From: Candidatus Sericytochromatia bacterium
GTDB lineage: Bacteria > Cyanobacteriota > Sericytochromatia > S15B-MN24 > JAQBPE01
DNA: 64,000 nt
NCBI GenBank assembly: GCA_035285125.1
Contig: JAYKHR010000045.1
Location: forward strand, 192,001 to 256,000
Direction: 5' to 3'
Shown here: one piece after another, positions 27,530-36,549 of the stretch
Numbering within the stretch: the stretch's first letter is position 1
How the letters are laid out: every line of letters begins with the position of its first letter
Program-made: the position numbers and the translations under genes
Notes under the pieces: model-generated
What the model saw: the letters and a program-made list of their open reading frames with translations, nothing else
Database searches by the model: none
Told to the model about the DNA's origin: nothing

Positions 27530-28789
27530 ATGACCACCCCCCCGCTCGTCGACACCCTGCTCGTCAACATCGGCGAGCTGTGCACCCTCGCCGGCCCCGC
27601 CGCGCCGCGGCGCGGCGCGGCGCTGCGCGAGGTCGGCACGCTCGCCGACGCGGCGATCGCCCTCGCGGACGAGCGCATCGCCTGGCTCGGCCCCTCCCGC
27701 GACGCCGCCTCGGCCGTCACGCTCAAGCCTGACGGCCTGCTGCTCGACGCCGGGGGCCTCACGGTGACGCCGGGCCTGGTGGACCCCCACACCCACCTCG
27801 TGTTCGGCGGCAGCCGCGCCGACGAGTTTGCGCGCCGCCTCGAGGGCGTCAGCTACGCCGAGATCCTCGCGGCGGGGGGCGGCATCCACCACACCGTCTC
27901 CCACACCCGCGCCGCCACCCGCGAGGCGCTCGTGGCGTCGGGGCGGGCCCGCCTCGCGAGGATGCAGGCCAACGGCACCACCACGCTGGAGGCCAAGAGC
28001 GGCTACGGCCTCGACCTGGAGACGGAGCTCAAGCAGCTCGAGGCCATCGCCGAGCTCGCCGCCGAGGGCCCCCTGGAGCTCGTGCCGACCTTCATGGGGG
28101 CGCACGCCGTGCCCCCTGGAGAGGACGCCGACGCCTTCGCAGACCGCGTCGCCACGCAGATGATCCCCGTCGTCGCGGCCCGCCAGCTTGCACGCTACGT
28201 GGATGTGTTCTGCGAGCAGGGCGTGTTCTCGCCGGCCCAGACCGAGCGCATCTTCGCCGCGGCGCGCGCCCACGGCCTGGGGCTGCGGCTGCATGCCGAC
28301 GAGCTGTCCGACCTGGGGGGCGGCGCGCTGGCCGCCCGCTGGGGGGCCGCCTCGGCGGACCACCTGCTGTGCACGGGCCCTGACTCCATCGCCGCGCTCG
28401 CGGCCTCCGACACCGTGGCTGTCATGCTGCCTGGCACGCCGTTCTTCCTCGGCATGAGCGAGCGGGCCCCGGCGCGGCGCCTGATCGACGCCGGGGTGGC
28501 GCTGGCCCTTGGGACGGACTTCAACCCGGGCTCGTGCTACTCGGAGTCGATGCCCATGATGATGACGCTGGCCTGCCTGCACCTGCGGCTCACGCCCTCC
28601 GAGGCCCTCACGTGCGCCACCTTCAACGCGGCCCATGCGCTGGGGCTCGCGGACCGCATCGGCAGCCTGGAGGTGGGCAAGCAGGCGGACCTCGTGGTGT
28701 GGGACATGCCAAGCCACCACCACCTGGCCTACCACTTCGGCGTCACCCTGGCCCGGCATGTCATCAAGAAGGGGCGGCTGTTGCCGTGA
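27530..28789 (+). CDS. hutI: Imidazolonepropionase
   Basis: PGLVDPHTHLVFGG.RADEF, EAKSGYGL, VDVFCE, LHADE, SADHL, GTDFNPGS. Confidence 0.95.
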   Translation: MTTPPLVDTLLVNIGELCTLAGPAAPRRGAALREVGTLADAAIALADERIAWLGPSRDAASAVTLKPDGLLLDAGGLTVTPGLVDPHTHLVFGGSRADEFARRLEGVSYAEILAAGGGIHHTVSHTRAATREALVASGRARLARMQANGTTTLEAKSGYGLDLETELKQLEAIAELAAEGPLELVPTFMGAHAVPPGEDADAFADRVATQMIPVVAARQLARYVDVFCEQGVFSPAQTERIFAAARAHGLGLRLHADELSDLGGGALAARWGAASADHLLCTGPDSIAALAASDTVAVMLPGTPFFLGMSERAPARRLIDAGVALALGTDFNPGSCYSESMPMMMTLACLHLRLTPSEALTCATFNAAHALGLADRIGSLEVGKQADLVVWDMPSHHHLAYHFGVTLARHVIKKGRLLP

Positions 28790-30819
28790 GCCTCACCCAC
28801 CACCTCGCCTCCGCTGGCCTGGCGGCGCTGCTGGCGCTGCCCGTGCCCCTGGGGCTCGCGTCCCCCCCGCCGGCCGAGCCGGTCCCCGCGGCCTCGGCTG
28901 TCCCGCTGGCCGTCACGGAGGCCAGCGTGGCGCTGGAGCTGCTGGCAGGCGCGCGGCGGCTGAGGGGCGAGGCGCGCCTGCGGGTGCCGGCTGGCCCCGG
29001 GGGCCTCACGGAGGTGCTGCTGCACCCTGGCCTCGTGCCGACGCGCCTGGCGCTGGCCGGGCGCCCCCTCGCCTGGCGCAGAGAGGGCGCCAGGCTCCTG
29101 CTCGCGCTGCCTGCGGCGTTTCCCGGCGGGGTGCTGGAGGTGGCCTGGGCCGGGCGCCCGCACCTGACAGGTCCCGCGGGCCTGCGCCAGGACGTGGAGC
29201 CCCGCCTGGCGCTGCTGCGCCCCGGCGGGGGCTGGTGGCCGAGCCCGCCCGAGGCGGCCCCGCGCCTGGCGCTCACCCTCACGCTGCCGGAGGGCTGGCG
29301 CGCGATCGCCGTCTGCCCGCGTGCCGAGTTCCGCCGCGAGGGGCGCGTGGCCCGCCTGTCGGCCGCCGAGCGCGAGCCCGTGGGGCTCGTGGCTGGCCCC
29401 CTCGTGCCCCTGGTGCGGGCCGGGCTGCCCGGCTGGGGCCCGCCCGGGGCCCCCGGCGAGGAGCGCCCCGCCCTGCCGACGGCCTTGCGCGCGCGCGGGC
29501 TCGTGCCCCGCCCGGGCCTGCGCTGGCTCGAACTGCCCGCGGGCTACGCCCCGGTGGCCTGCGAGGGGGTCTCGGCCGCGCCCCGCGCGCCTGGCCCGGC
29601 GAGCGCCCGGGCGGCGGCCCTGGCCCTCGCCCCGCAGGGCGACTTCGCCGAGGCGCCCGAGCGGGCCTGGCTGGTGGAGAGCCTCGCCTGGCACCTGGCC
29701 GCCACCAGCGAGCGCGGCCCTGGCCCCGCGCCGCAGGCCCCGGACCTCGCGCGGGACTACGCGGCCTCCATCGACGAGGCCGGGGCCCGTGACGTCCCGC
29801 TGCGGGAGGCGCTGAGCGCCGCACCGTCGGTGCGCGAGGCCGTCGTCGGCACCAAGGGCGGGCTCGCCTGGGGGCTGCTGCGATCGGCCCTCGGCGAGGA
29901 GGCCTTCTGGGCGCTCGTGAAGGCGTGGCACGCCGAGCTGCGCGCCGGGCGAGGCGGCTGGGAGGCCTTCGCCGCGCTCGCGCCGCAGCCTGTCGGCTGG
30001 CTCTCCTCGTGGCTCAACGAGCGGGGGCTGCCGGCGCTGGGCTTCGAGGGCGTGCGCGTCGAGCAGGCCGAGGGGCAGTGGCGCGTCATGGGGACGCTGG
30101 CGCACCGCGTGGGCCTGCTCGGCGTGCCCACTGACCTCGTGCTGATCACCGAGGAGGGCGCCGAGCGGGTGCCCTTCCGAACCTTCGAGGCCCGCATGCC
30201 GTTCACCTTCGTGACCCGGAGCCGCCCCCTGCGCCTGGTGCTGGACCCGGCCGACCGGGCCCCCCTCGTTCGCCGCCGGCACCTGCGCATCCGGGACGCC
30301 GCCGAGCAGCCGAACGCCGTCGTCGTGCAGGGCAGCCAGGGCGACGCGGCCCTGAACGAGGCGATGCGGCAGGCGGCCGAGCAACTCGCGCGGCGCCTGG
30401 CCGGCCCGGGCGGCCAGCCCAGGGCGGTGCGCCGCGACACCGAGTTGACGGCCGAGGAGCGCGCGGGCGCCCTCATCCTGGTGGGCCGCCCGGGCGTCCA
30501 TGCCCTGGCCAGCGAGTGGGCCGACCAGCTGCCCGTCCGCTTCTCGGCGGCCGGTGCCGCGGGCCTCGATGGGAAGCTGCTCTGGTGGCAGGGGCGCACC
30601 TGGACACGCCCGGAGGTCGGCGTCGTCGCCGCGATCGCCAACCCGCTCGCGCCTGAGCAGCAGGTGCTGCTGGTGGCCGGCCTGTCGCCCCGCGCCCAGC
30701 TGGAGGCCCTGAGGCACCTCCGCCGGACGTCCACCTTCTGCATCTTCGACGAGCGTGGGCCGACCGAAGAGGGGGAGGCCCTGCGTCCGTTCCCCGACCT
30801 CGAAGTACCGCTCTACTGA
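28786..30819 (+). CDS. M1-aminopeptidase-like exported protein, apparently catalytically degenerate
   Basis: WLVESLAW and KG.LAW.LLR.ALGEEAF match M1 C-terminal motifs; no HExxH; GTGA-coupled to hutI. Confidence 0.65.
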   Translation: MSLTHHLASAGLAALLALPVPLGLASPPPAEPVPAASAVPLAVTEASVALELLAGARRLRGEARLRVPAGPGGLTEVLLHPGLVPTRLALAGRPLAWRREGARLLLALPAAFPGGVLEVAWAGRPHLTGPAGLRQDVEPRLALLRPGGGWWPSPPEAAPRLALTLTLPEGWRAIAVCPRAEFRREGRVARLSAAEREPVGLVAGPLVPLVRAGLPGWGPPGAPGEERPALPTALRARGLVPRPGLRWLELPAGYAPVACEGVSAAPRAPGPASARAAALALAPQGDFAEAPERAWLVESLAWHLAATSERGPGPAPQAPDLARDYAASIDEAGARDVPLREALSAAPSVREAVVGTKGGLAWGLLRSALGEEAFWALVKAWHAELRAGRGGWEAFAALAPQPVGWLSSWLNERGLPALGFEGVRVEQAEGQWRVMGTLAHRVGLLGVPTDLVLITEEGAERVPFRTFEARMPFTFVTRSRPLRLVLDPADRAPLVRRRHLRIRDAAEQPNAVVVQGSQGDAALNEAMRQAAEQLARRLAGPGGQPRAVRRDTELTAEERAGALILVGRPGVHALASEWADQLPVRFSAAGAAGLDGKLLWWQGRTWTRPEVGVVAAIANPLAPEQQVLLVAGLSPRAQLEALRHLRRTSTFCIFDERGPTEEGEALRPFPDLEVPLY

Positions 30820-30872
30820 CGGCAGCCAGGGGGCTCAGCGAACCTCTGCGAGGCGGGACCGAGGCGCTGGCG

Positions 30873-31562
30873 TCAAGACGGCGGGGTTGCGGGCGTCGGC
30901 GTCGCCTGGAGCGCGGGGTCTTCCTTGGCCACCACGGCCTTGAGGATCTTGTCGCCGATCTGAAGGCTTCGCACCACGTCCATGCCCGTCACGACCTGGC
31001 CGAACACGGTGTACGACTCGTCCAGGTAGGGTGCGTCGTTGGTGGTGATGAACATCTGGCTGTCACCCGAGTTGGGGTCTGCGCCGTGGGCGAGCCCCAC
31101 CGTCCCTGCCAGGTACCGCACCGTCTGGCCCTTGAACTCTGGCGGAATGGTCTTGCCGGAGCCGCCCCCCTTCCCCACGTCGGGGTGCGAGGCTGGCAGG
31201 GTGCGCGTCTTGGGGTTGCCGAACTGCACCACCGTCTGCGACACGAGCCGGTGCACCAGCAGCCCGTTGTAGAAGCCGCTGCGCGTCAGCCTGACGATCT
31301 GCTCCACGGTGCGCGGGGCTTCCCGCGGAAACGTCACGAAGGTGAAGCTGCCGCGGCTGGTCTCGAAGCTCAGGCGCGCCCCCAGGTGAAGCAGGTGCCC
31401 CGCGTTCTCTTCCATGTCGGCGATCGAGGCGCCGGGGAACCGGTCCGCCGGCGCCGGCGTGGACCGCGCCTTGCCGCCCATCGCAAGCGCATCGGGGGCT
31501 CCGAGCGCCAGGCTGCAGGTCAGGAGCGACCATGCGAGGGTGGAAGTGATACACGTGCGCAT
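30873..31562 (-). CDS. Exported cyclophilin-type peptidyl-prolyl isomerase
   Basis: APRTV, GFYNGL, VVQFGNP, SGDSQMFI, YTVFGQVVTGMDVV. Confidence 0.9.
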   Translation of the reverse strand: MRTCITSTLAWSLLTCSLALGAPDALAMGGKARSTPAPADRFPGASIADMEENAGHLLHLGARLSFETSRGSFTFVTFPREAPRTVEQIVRLTRSGFYNGLLVHRLVSQTVVQFGNPKTRTLPASHPDVGKGGGSGKTIPPEFKGQTVRYLAGTVGLAHGADPNSGDSQMFITTNDAPYLDESYTVFGQVVTGMDVVRSLQIGDKILKAVVAKEDPALQATPTPATPPS

Positions 31563-31586
31563 GAGGCGGCATTGTAGCAGCCAGCT

Positions 31587-32708
31587 TCACTGTTGCGCCA
31601 GAGGCCGGCGCCGGCCCGCCACCCCCTCGTAGAGGCGCTGTAGGCGCTGCATGTTCTCCTGGTGGGCGTAGTGGGTTTCCACCCGGGCCCGGCTCAGGCG
31701 GCGCAGCCGGGCCAGCTCGTTCGGCTGCGCGAGCAGCCCGCCGAGCGCGGGCGCCAGGGCCTGGTCCAGCCTGCGGGGGTCGAGGGTCCGCCCGACGCCC
31801 GCGATCACCTCCCCGTCGGCGCCCACGTCCGTCGCAACGGGGGCCGCGCCGCAGGCCATCGCCTCCAGCAGCGCCAGCGACAGCCCCTCGACGCTGGAGG
31901 GCAGCACGAACACCTCCGCCCCCCGCAGGATGTCGATGCGACGGGCCTCGTCAGCCACGAAGCCCAGCCAGTGGACGCGCGCCAGGCCCCGGTGGCGGGC
32001 CTCCAGGCCGGCCCGCATGTAGCCGTCCCCGATCAGGGCCAGGTGGCTGTCGGCAGGGGGGCCGAGGCGACGCCAGGCCTCAAGCAGCGTGCCGACGTTC
32101 TTTTCCGCGTCGATGCGCCCCATGTAGCAGACCAGGGCCCGGGCGTGCAGCGTCGCGCGGTACAGGCTGGGCCCCGGGGCGTACCGCTGCACGTCGACGC
32201 CGTGGGGCAGCACCGCGATGCGGCCGGGCGCCACCTGGGCCTGGCGCACCCGGGCAGCCTGCGCCTCCGAGAACACGATCACGAGCTCGCAGCGCCGCAG
32301 CGTCGGGCCATAGGCCCGGTAGACGAGGTCCGAGACGCGACCAGGGAGGCTCGGCCGGTGGTCGAGGGCCACGTGCACCGTCGCCACCAGCGGGACGCCC
32401 AGCCTGCGACAGAGCCCCGGCAGGGCCCAGTCGAGCGGCCCGAGCGCGAACGAGGCGTGCACGAGGTCCGGCTGAAACCGGCGCAGCCGGGCCTCCAGCT
32501 GCCCGAGGGCCCGAGGGGACGGCACCACGAAGAGCGGCGTGCGCCACATCAACGGCAGCGCCACCTCGGCCTCGTCCGGGCTTGGCCCGTCGTGCACGTG
32601 GCACAGCAGCACCTCGTGGCCGGCCTCGCGCAGGCCGCTGGCTAGCTCGCGGCAGTAGGTCACGATGCCGCAGAAGGGGTGCTTCTTGCCCAGGATCGCG
32701 ATCCGCAT
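31587..32708 (-). CDS. GT4 glycosyltransferase, DgdA (DGDG synthase)-like
   Basis: N-terminal GKKHPFCGIVTY, PDLVHAS..LGPLD..LP..C, GRIDAEKNV, EGLSLALLEAMACG. Confidence 0.8.
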   Translation of the reverse strand: MRIAILGKKHPFCGIVTYCRELASGLREAGHEVLLCHVHDGPSPDEAEVALPLMWRTPLFVVPSPRALGQLEARLRRFQPDLVHASFALGPLDWALPGLCRRLGVPLVATVHVALDHRPSLPGRVSDLVYRAYGPTLRRCELVIVFSEAQAARVRQAQVAPGRIAVLPHGVDVQRYAPGPSLYRATLHARALVCYMGRIDAEKNVGTLLEAWRRLGPPADSHLALIGDGYMRAGLEARHRGLARVHWLGFVADEARRIDILRGAEVFVLPSSVEGLSLALLEAMACGAAPVATDVGADGEVIAGVGRTLDPRRLDQALAPALGGLLAQPNELARLRRLSRARVETHYAHQENMQRLQRLYEGVAGRRRPLAQQ

Positions 32709-32993
32709 GCGCCCCCCTCGGCCTGGCGGTGGTCGCATCCACCATAGCCGCCGGCCCCGCAGAGGGGAGGCGGCAAGCGGGCCGGCCTGGCGGAGGGCGG
32801 CAGGGGGCGGAGGCCCGATCTCAGCCAGAGAACCGGGTTTGGGCCGCCTTCAGGCGGAGTCGTGGTTAAAAAATGGATATGGGGTGGTTAATATTTCAAT
32901 TTTAAAGGCAAGTTTTAGCGGGCTTAAGCCTAAATTAAAACCAAGAACTGGTGAGAGAGCCGCGGGCTGCCAGGCCCGACATTCGGAGGAACG

Positions 32994-33602
32994 ATGCCCG
33001 CCACCGTCACCGCGTCCCGCCCGATCGCCGCGCCCAAGGCGCAGGCCGCTACGCCGCCCGCGAACCAGCTTTCGCCCGTCGCCGCGATGCAGCCGTCGCT
33101 CATCAACACCATCGACGTGGTCCGCACGGGGGCTGCCGTCGGCCAGGCCGCCGGCAAGGTCGCGTTCACCCCGCCCGTCATCGTCGACATCTTCAAGTCG
33201 AGCATCCGGTCGGGCTTCAGCCTCACCAACATCGCCTGGTTCGTCGTCCCCTCCGCCATCCGCAACGTCCGCGACGTCACGAGCGACAAGATCTCGGCGG
33301 CCCGGGCCGGCGCCAACGTGACCACCGAGGCCTCGTTCGGCATCGGCAAGGGCATCATGGCCGGCGCGATGGTCCAGTGCCTGTCGATCGCGACGGGCCC
33401 GCTGATGGGCCTGCTGCCGATCTCGCCTGCCATCCTGCCCTTCGTCGGCATCGGCGTCGGCCTTGTGGGCCTGGTCGGCACCCACTTCGTGCTGAACAAG
33501 ATCATCAAGAAGACCGGCATCGACCAGAAGATGGCGGACGGCCTGACGAACCTCTTCGGCGGCGACAAGCCTGGCACCACGGAGAAGCCCAAGGTCCAGT
33601 GA
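32994..33602 (+). CDS. Hypothetical membrane protein
   Basis: GGAGGA RBS; strong codon bias; C-terminal hydrophobic hairpin. Confidence 0.8.
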   Translation: MPATVTASRPIAAPKAQAATPPANQLSPVAAMQPSLINTIDVVRTGAAVGQAAGKVAFTPPVIVDIFKSSIRSGFSLTNIAWFVVPSAIRNVRDVTSDKISAARAGANVTTEASFGIGKGIMAGAMVQCLSIATGPLMGLLPISPAILPFVGIGVGLVGLVGTHFVLNKIIKKTGIDQKMADGLTNLFGGDKPGTTEKPKVQ

Positions 33603-33679
33603 CGGGGATTCGAGGGGGGCGCCACCTGAACCAAGTTTTTTGACCACCTCCGCGTTCCTCTCTCTCTCACACACACGCA

Positions 33680-33711
33680 CGGCCGGGGGACCCTGACGGG
33701 TCCCCCGGCCG
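33680..33711 (+). terminator. Strong GC hairpin, probable terminator
   Basis: Perfect 14-bp stem CGGCCGGGGGACCC-TGAC-GGGTCCCCCGGCCG with a weak U tail. Confidence 0.65.
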
Positions 33712-33809
33712 GCGTTTGGGCCGCAAGGCCCGCCCGCCTGCAAGCCTTTGCCGGGCTGCACCCTACACTCGTGGCGCACGGGGCCTGGGGTGGCCCGGGA
33801 GGGCGAGGG

Positions 33810-35327
33810 ATGCGCCAGGGGGTTCCCGATGAGCGGCCTGTCCACCTGATCGTGGTGGACAGCTGGGTGCCAACCACGGTAGCGGCCGAGCTCGCGGCCG
33901 GACGGCTGCCGGCCCTGGCGCATCTCGTCGCGCACGGGGCGATGGACCTGCGATGCGCGAGCGTGTTCCCCTCGGTCACGCCCGCCTGCCTGGCGGCCAT
34001 CGCCACGGGCGGGGGGCCGGACCACAACCACATCACGGGCGTGCTCTGGTACGACCGGTCGCCCGATCGCTACGTCCACTACTGGCCGTACCCCCAGTCT
34101 CTGGTCTGGGGCACCCTCTCCCGCGTGATCGGAGACTTCCTGCTCCGCCTCAACGGCGAGCATCTGAGCCCCCAGGCGCTGACGATCTTCGAGCGCCTGG
34201 AGGCGGCCGGCGTCGAGGCCGCGAGCGTGAACTTCCCCGTCTCGCGCGGGCCCTGCCTGCACCGCGCGCGGGTGCCAAGAGGCCTGGCCTGGGCCGGGGG
34301 GTTACCGGCCGAGCTCGCGCTCCGCGGGCCGACCCACCTGCGCTTCGGAGACATGCTGCGGGGCGCCAGCACGCCGCGCGGCGGCCCCTGGCACAAGTAC
34401 GGCTTCAACGACCACACTGCGGCGACCGAGACGGTGGCGCTCATCCGCAAGGCCCGTCCCCGCTTCGTGCTGACCTACTTCAACGAGAACGACCTGCGGA
34501 CCCACCACCACGGGCCCGCCCGCATCGGGTGGAGCCTGCGCCGCGTCGACGGCGAGCTTGCCCGCCTCCTGGCGGCCTACGGCTCGTGGGACCAGGCCGT
34601 GCGGGAGGCGCGCTGGATCCTGGTGGGGGACCACAGCCAGAGCGACACCCACCCCTGGCGCCCGGGCCATGCCATCAACGTCTTCAAGATGTTCCCGCGC
34701 CACCGGGTCGCCTCGCTGCGTGACGGGGGGCTGCGGGGGCAGGCCTGCGATTTTGCCGTCGCTCCGAATGACCGCATGTGCTGGTTCTACTTCCAGGAGG
34801 ACGCCCGGCGGCTGCGGGAGGAGGTCCTCGATGAGGTGGGCGCCTGGCCCGCGGTGGACCAGGTCCTCTGGTGCGACGGCGACGCATGCCATGCCTGGCA
34901 GCCTGCCTCGGGGGCCAGGCTGGCCTGGCAGCCTGGCGGCCCGGTGCGCGACCCTTGGGGCGGCACCTGGACGCTGCGGGGAGCCGGGGGGGTCTTCGAC
35001 TTGGTGGTCCGGGGCGATCGCATCGAGGAGGGGGCCTACCCCAACGCGCTTGCGCGCGCGACCTCAGCCCTGTCCACCCCCCAGGCGGCCACGCTTGTGC
35101 TAACGGCGCGGCTCGGCCACGAGTTCACCTCGGGCTTTCCGATGGGGCGCGGGAACCACGGCTCCCTCCACGCCCTCGACTCCTGGGTGCCGCTGGTGAC
35201 GGTGGGCGTGCCCATGCCCGCCAGGCCGCGGCTGACGGACGTGTACGGGTTGGTGCTGGCCGCCTTCGGGCTGCCCCTGGAGGCCACCCCTGACGCGGCG
35301 CTCGGGGCCCGTCGCGGGGCAGGCTGA
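33810..35327 (+). CDS. Alkaline phosphatase superfamily / nucleotide pyrophosphatase-phosphodiesterase
   Basis: IVVDS, FPSVT, IATG, DLRTHHHG, GDHS, HGSLH. Confidence 0.85.
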   Translation: MRQGVPDERPVHLIVVDSWVPTTVAAELAAGRLPALAHLVAHGAMDLRCASVFPSVTPACLAAIATGGGPDHNHITGVLWYDRSPDRYVHYWPYPQSLVWGTLSRVIGDFLLRLNGEHLSPQALTIFERLEAAGVEAASVNFPVSRGPCLHRARVPRGLAWAGGLPAELALRGPTHLRFGDMLRGASTPRGGPWHKYGFNDHTAATETVALIRKARPRFVLTYFNENDLRTHHHGPARIGWSLRRVDGELARLLAAYGSWDQAVREARWILVGDHSQSDTHPWRPGHAINVFKMFPRHRVASLRDGGLRGQACDFAVAPNDRMCWFYFQEDARRLREEVLDEVGAWPAVDQVLWCDGDACHAWQPASGARLAWQPGGPVRDPWGGTWTLRGAGGVFDLVVRGDRIEEGAYPNALARATSALSTPQAATLVLTARLGHEFTSGFPMGRGNHGSLHALDSWVPLVTVGVPMPARPRLTDVYGLVLAAFGLPLEATPDAALGARRGAG

Positions 35328-35336
35328 GGCCGAGCC

Positions 35337-35552
35337 TCAGGACGTGGCTTGAGGCGGCGTGGAGAGCCGGGCGGCGATCCGCTCCAGGTCCGCCTCGATG
35401 TCAGCGAGGGCCTGGCGCCAGTCCCAGCTCGACCGCGAGGCCACGTGGGCCATCTTGGCCTCGAGGGCCGCGAGCTCGGCGCGCCAGTTCCAGTCGGCGG
35501 CGGGCGGGAGGGCGTCGGGGAGGTTGCTGGTGGCGGTCATCGGCTTCATCAT
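35337..35552 (-). CDS. Small protein with two WxWR..LA..EA repeats
   Basis: DWNWRAELAALEA / SWDWRQALADIEA. Confidence 0.55.
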   Translation of the reverse strand: MMKPMTATSNLPDALPPAADWNWRAELAALEAKMAHVASRSSWDWRQALADIEADLERIAARLSTPPQATS

Positions 35553-35569
35553 ACCAGACGGCTGAGCGC

Positions 35570-36430
35570 CTAGGCCTCCACGGGGGGCAGGGCCGAGACG
35601 TTCACGTGGGCGCTGTGGCCTGCTTCCGGGAACTGCCCCGCGCGGACGTCCGCCGCATAGTCCGACATGGCCTGCACCATTGGCTCGTGGAGCGTGGCGT
35701 ATCGCTTGGCGTGCCGGGGCAGGAAGGTCGGGTCCAGCCCCAGCAAGTCGTGCACCACCTGGATCTGGCCGCTGCAGCCCGCGCCGGCCCCGATGCCGAT
35801 GGTGGGGATGCCGACGTGGGCCGTGACGCGCTCGGCAACCTCCGCCGGGACCAGCTCCAGCACCAGGGCCGAGGCGCCCGCGGCCTCCACGGCGGCGGCC
35901 TCGGCGATCAGCGCCTCGATGCCCGTCGTCGTCTTGGCCTGCACGCGCAGCCCGATGGCATGGACGGCCTGGGGCGTGAAGCCGAGGTGGGCCACCAGCG
36001 GGATGCCGGCCTGCGTGATGGCGCGGATGCAGGCAAGCTGGTGCGGTTGGCCGCCCTCGAGCTTCACAGCCTTGGCCCCACCCTCCTTCAAGAACCTGCC
36101 GGCGTTGCGGACGGCCTCCTCCACGCTCGCGTGGTAGGCCATGAACGGCATGTCGCCGATCACCCAGGCCCGCCGGGTGCCGCGCGCCACGGCCCGGGTG
36201 TGATGCAGCATCTCCTCCATCGTCACGGGCAGCGTGCTGTCGTAGCCGAGCACCACCATGCCGAGCGAGTCCCCGACCAGCAGCACGTCGACGCCGGCCT
36301 CGTCGGCGATGCGGGCCGTCGTGTGGTCATAGGCCGTGAGCGCCACGATCCGCTCGCCGCGTGCGCGCATGGCCTGGAGTTCGTGCACGGTGACGGGGGC
36401 GCGCGTGGACTTGGTCGAGGGGCCGTACAT
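35570..36430 (-). CDS. panB: 3-methyl-2-oxobutanoate hydroxymethyltransferase
   Basis: LTAYD, LVGDSLGMVVLG, DMPF, VKLEGG, IGIGAG. Confidence 0.97.
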   Translation of the reverse strand: MYGPSTKSTRAPVTVHELQAMRARGERIVALTAYDHTTARIADEAGVDVLLVGDSLGMVVLGYDSTLPVTMEEMLHHTRAVARGTRRAWVIGDMPFMAYHASVEEAVRNAGRFLKEGGAKAVKLEGGQPHQLACIRAITQAGIPLVAHLGFTPQAVHAIGLRVQAKTTTGIEALIAEAAAVEAAGASALVLELVPAEVAERVTAHVGIPTIGIGAGAGCSGQIQVVHDLLGLDPTFLPRHAKRYATLHEPMVQAMSDYAADVRAGQFPEAGHSAHVNVSALPPVEA

Positions 36431-36501
36431 ACGAAGGTGCCTTTCTCATCGATGCCGCGAACGTTGTACCCTGTGCCCCGGGCCAGGCACAAGCCGGCAC
36501 A

Positions 36502-36530
36502 TTGCCGGCAGGCCAGGCCGGGGGTATGAT
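36502..36530 (+). promoter_or_regulatory. Sigma70-type promoter of trpS operon
   Basis: TTGCCG-17-TATGAT. Confidence 0.6.
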
Positions 36531-36549
36531 GAGGCCCCGTCGAGAGAGG

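Noticed and set aside
7040..33000. Sigma28/FliA promoters as the explanation for the TTAA islands
   Set aside because: No consistent GCCGATAA-like -10 at the 15-bp spacing downstream of the TAAA-like elements
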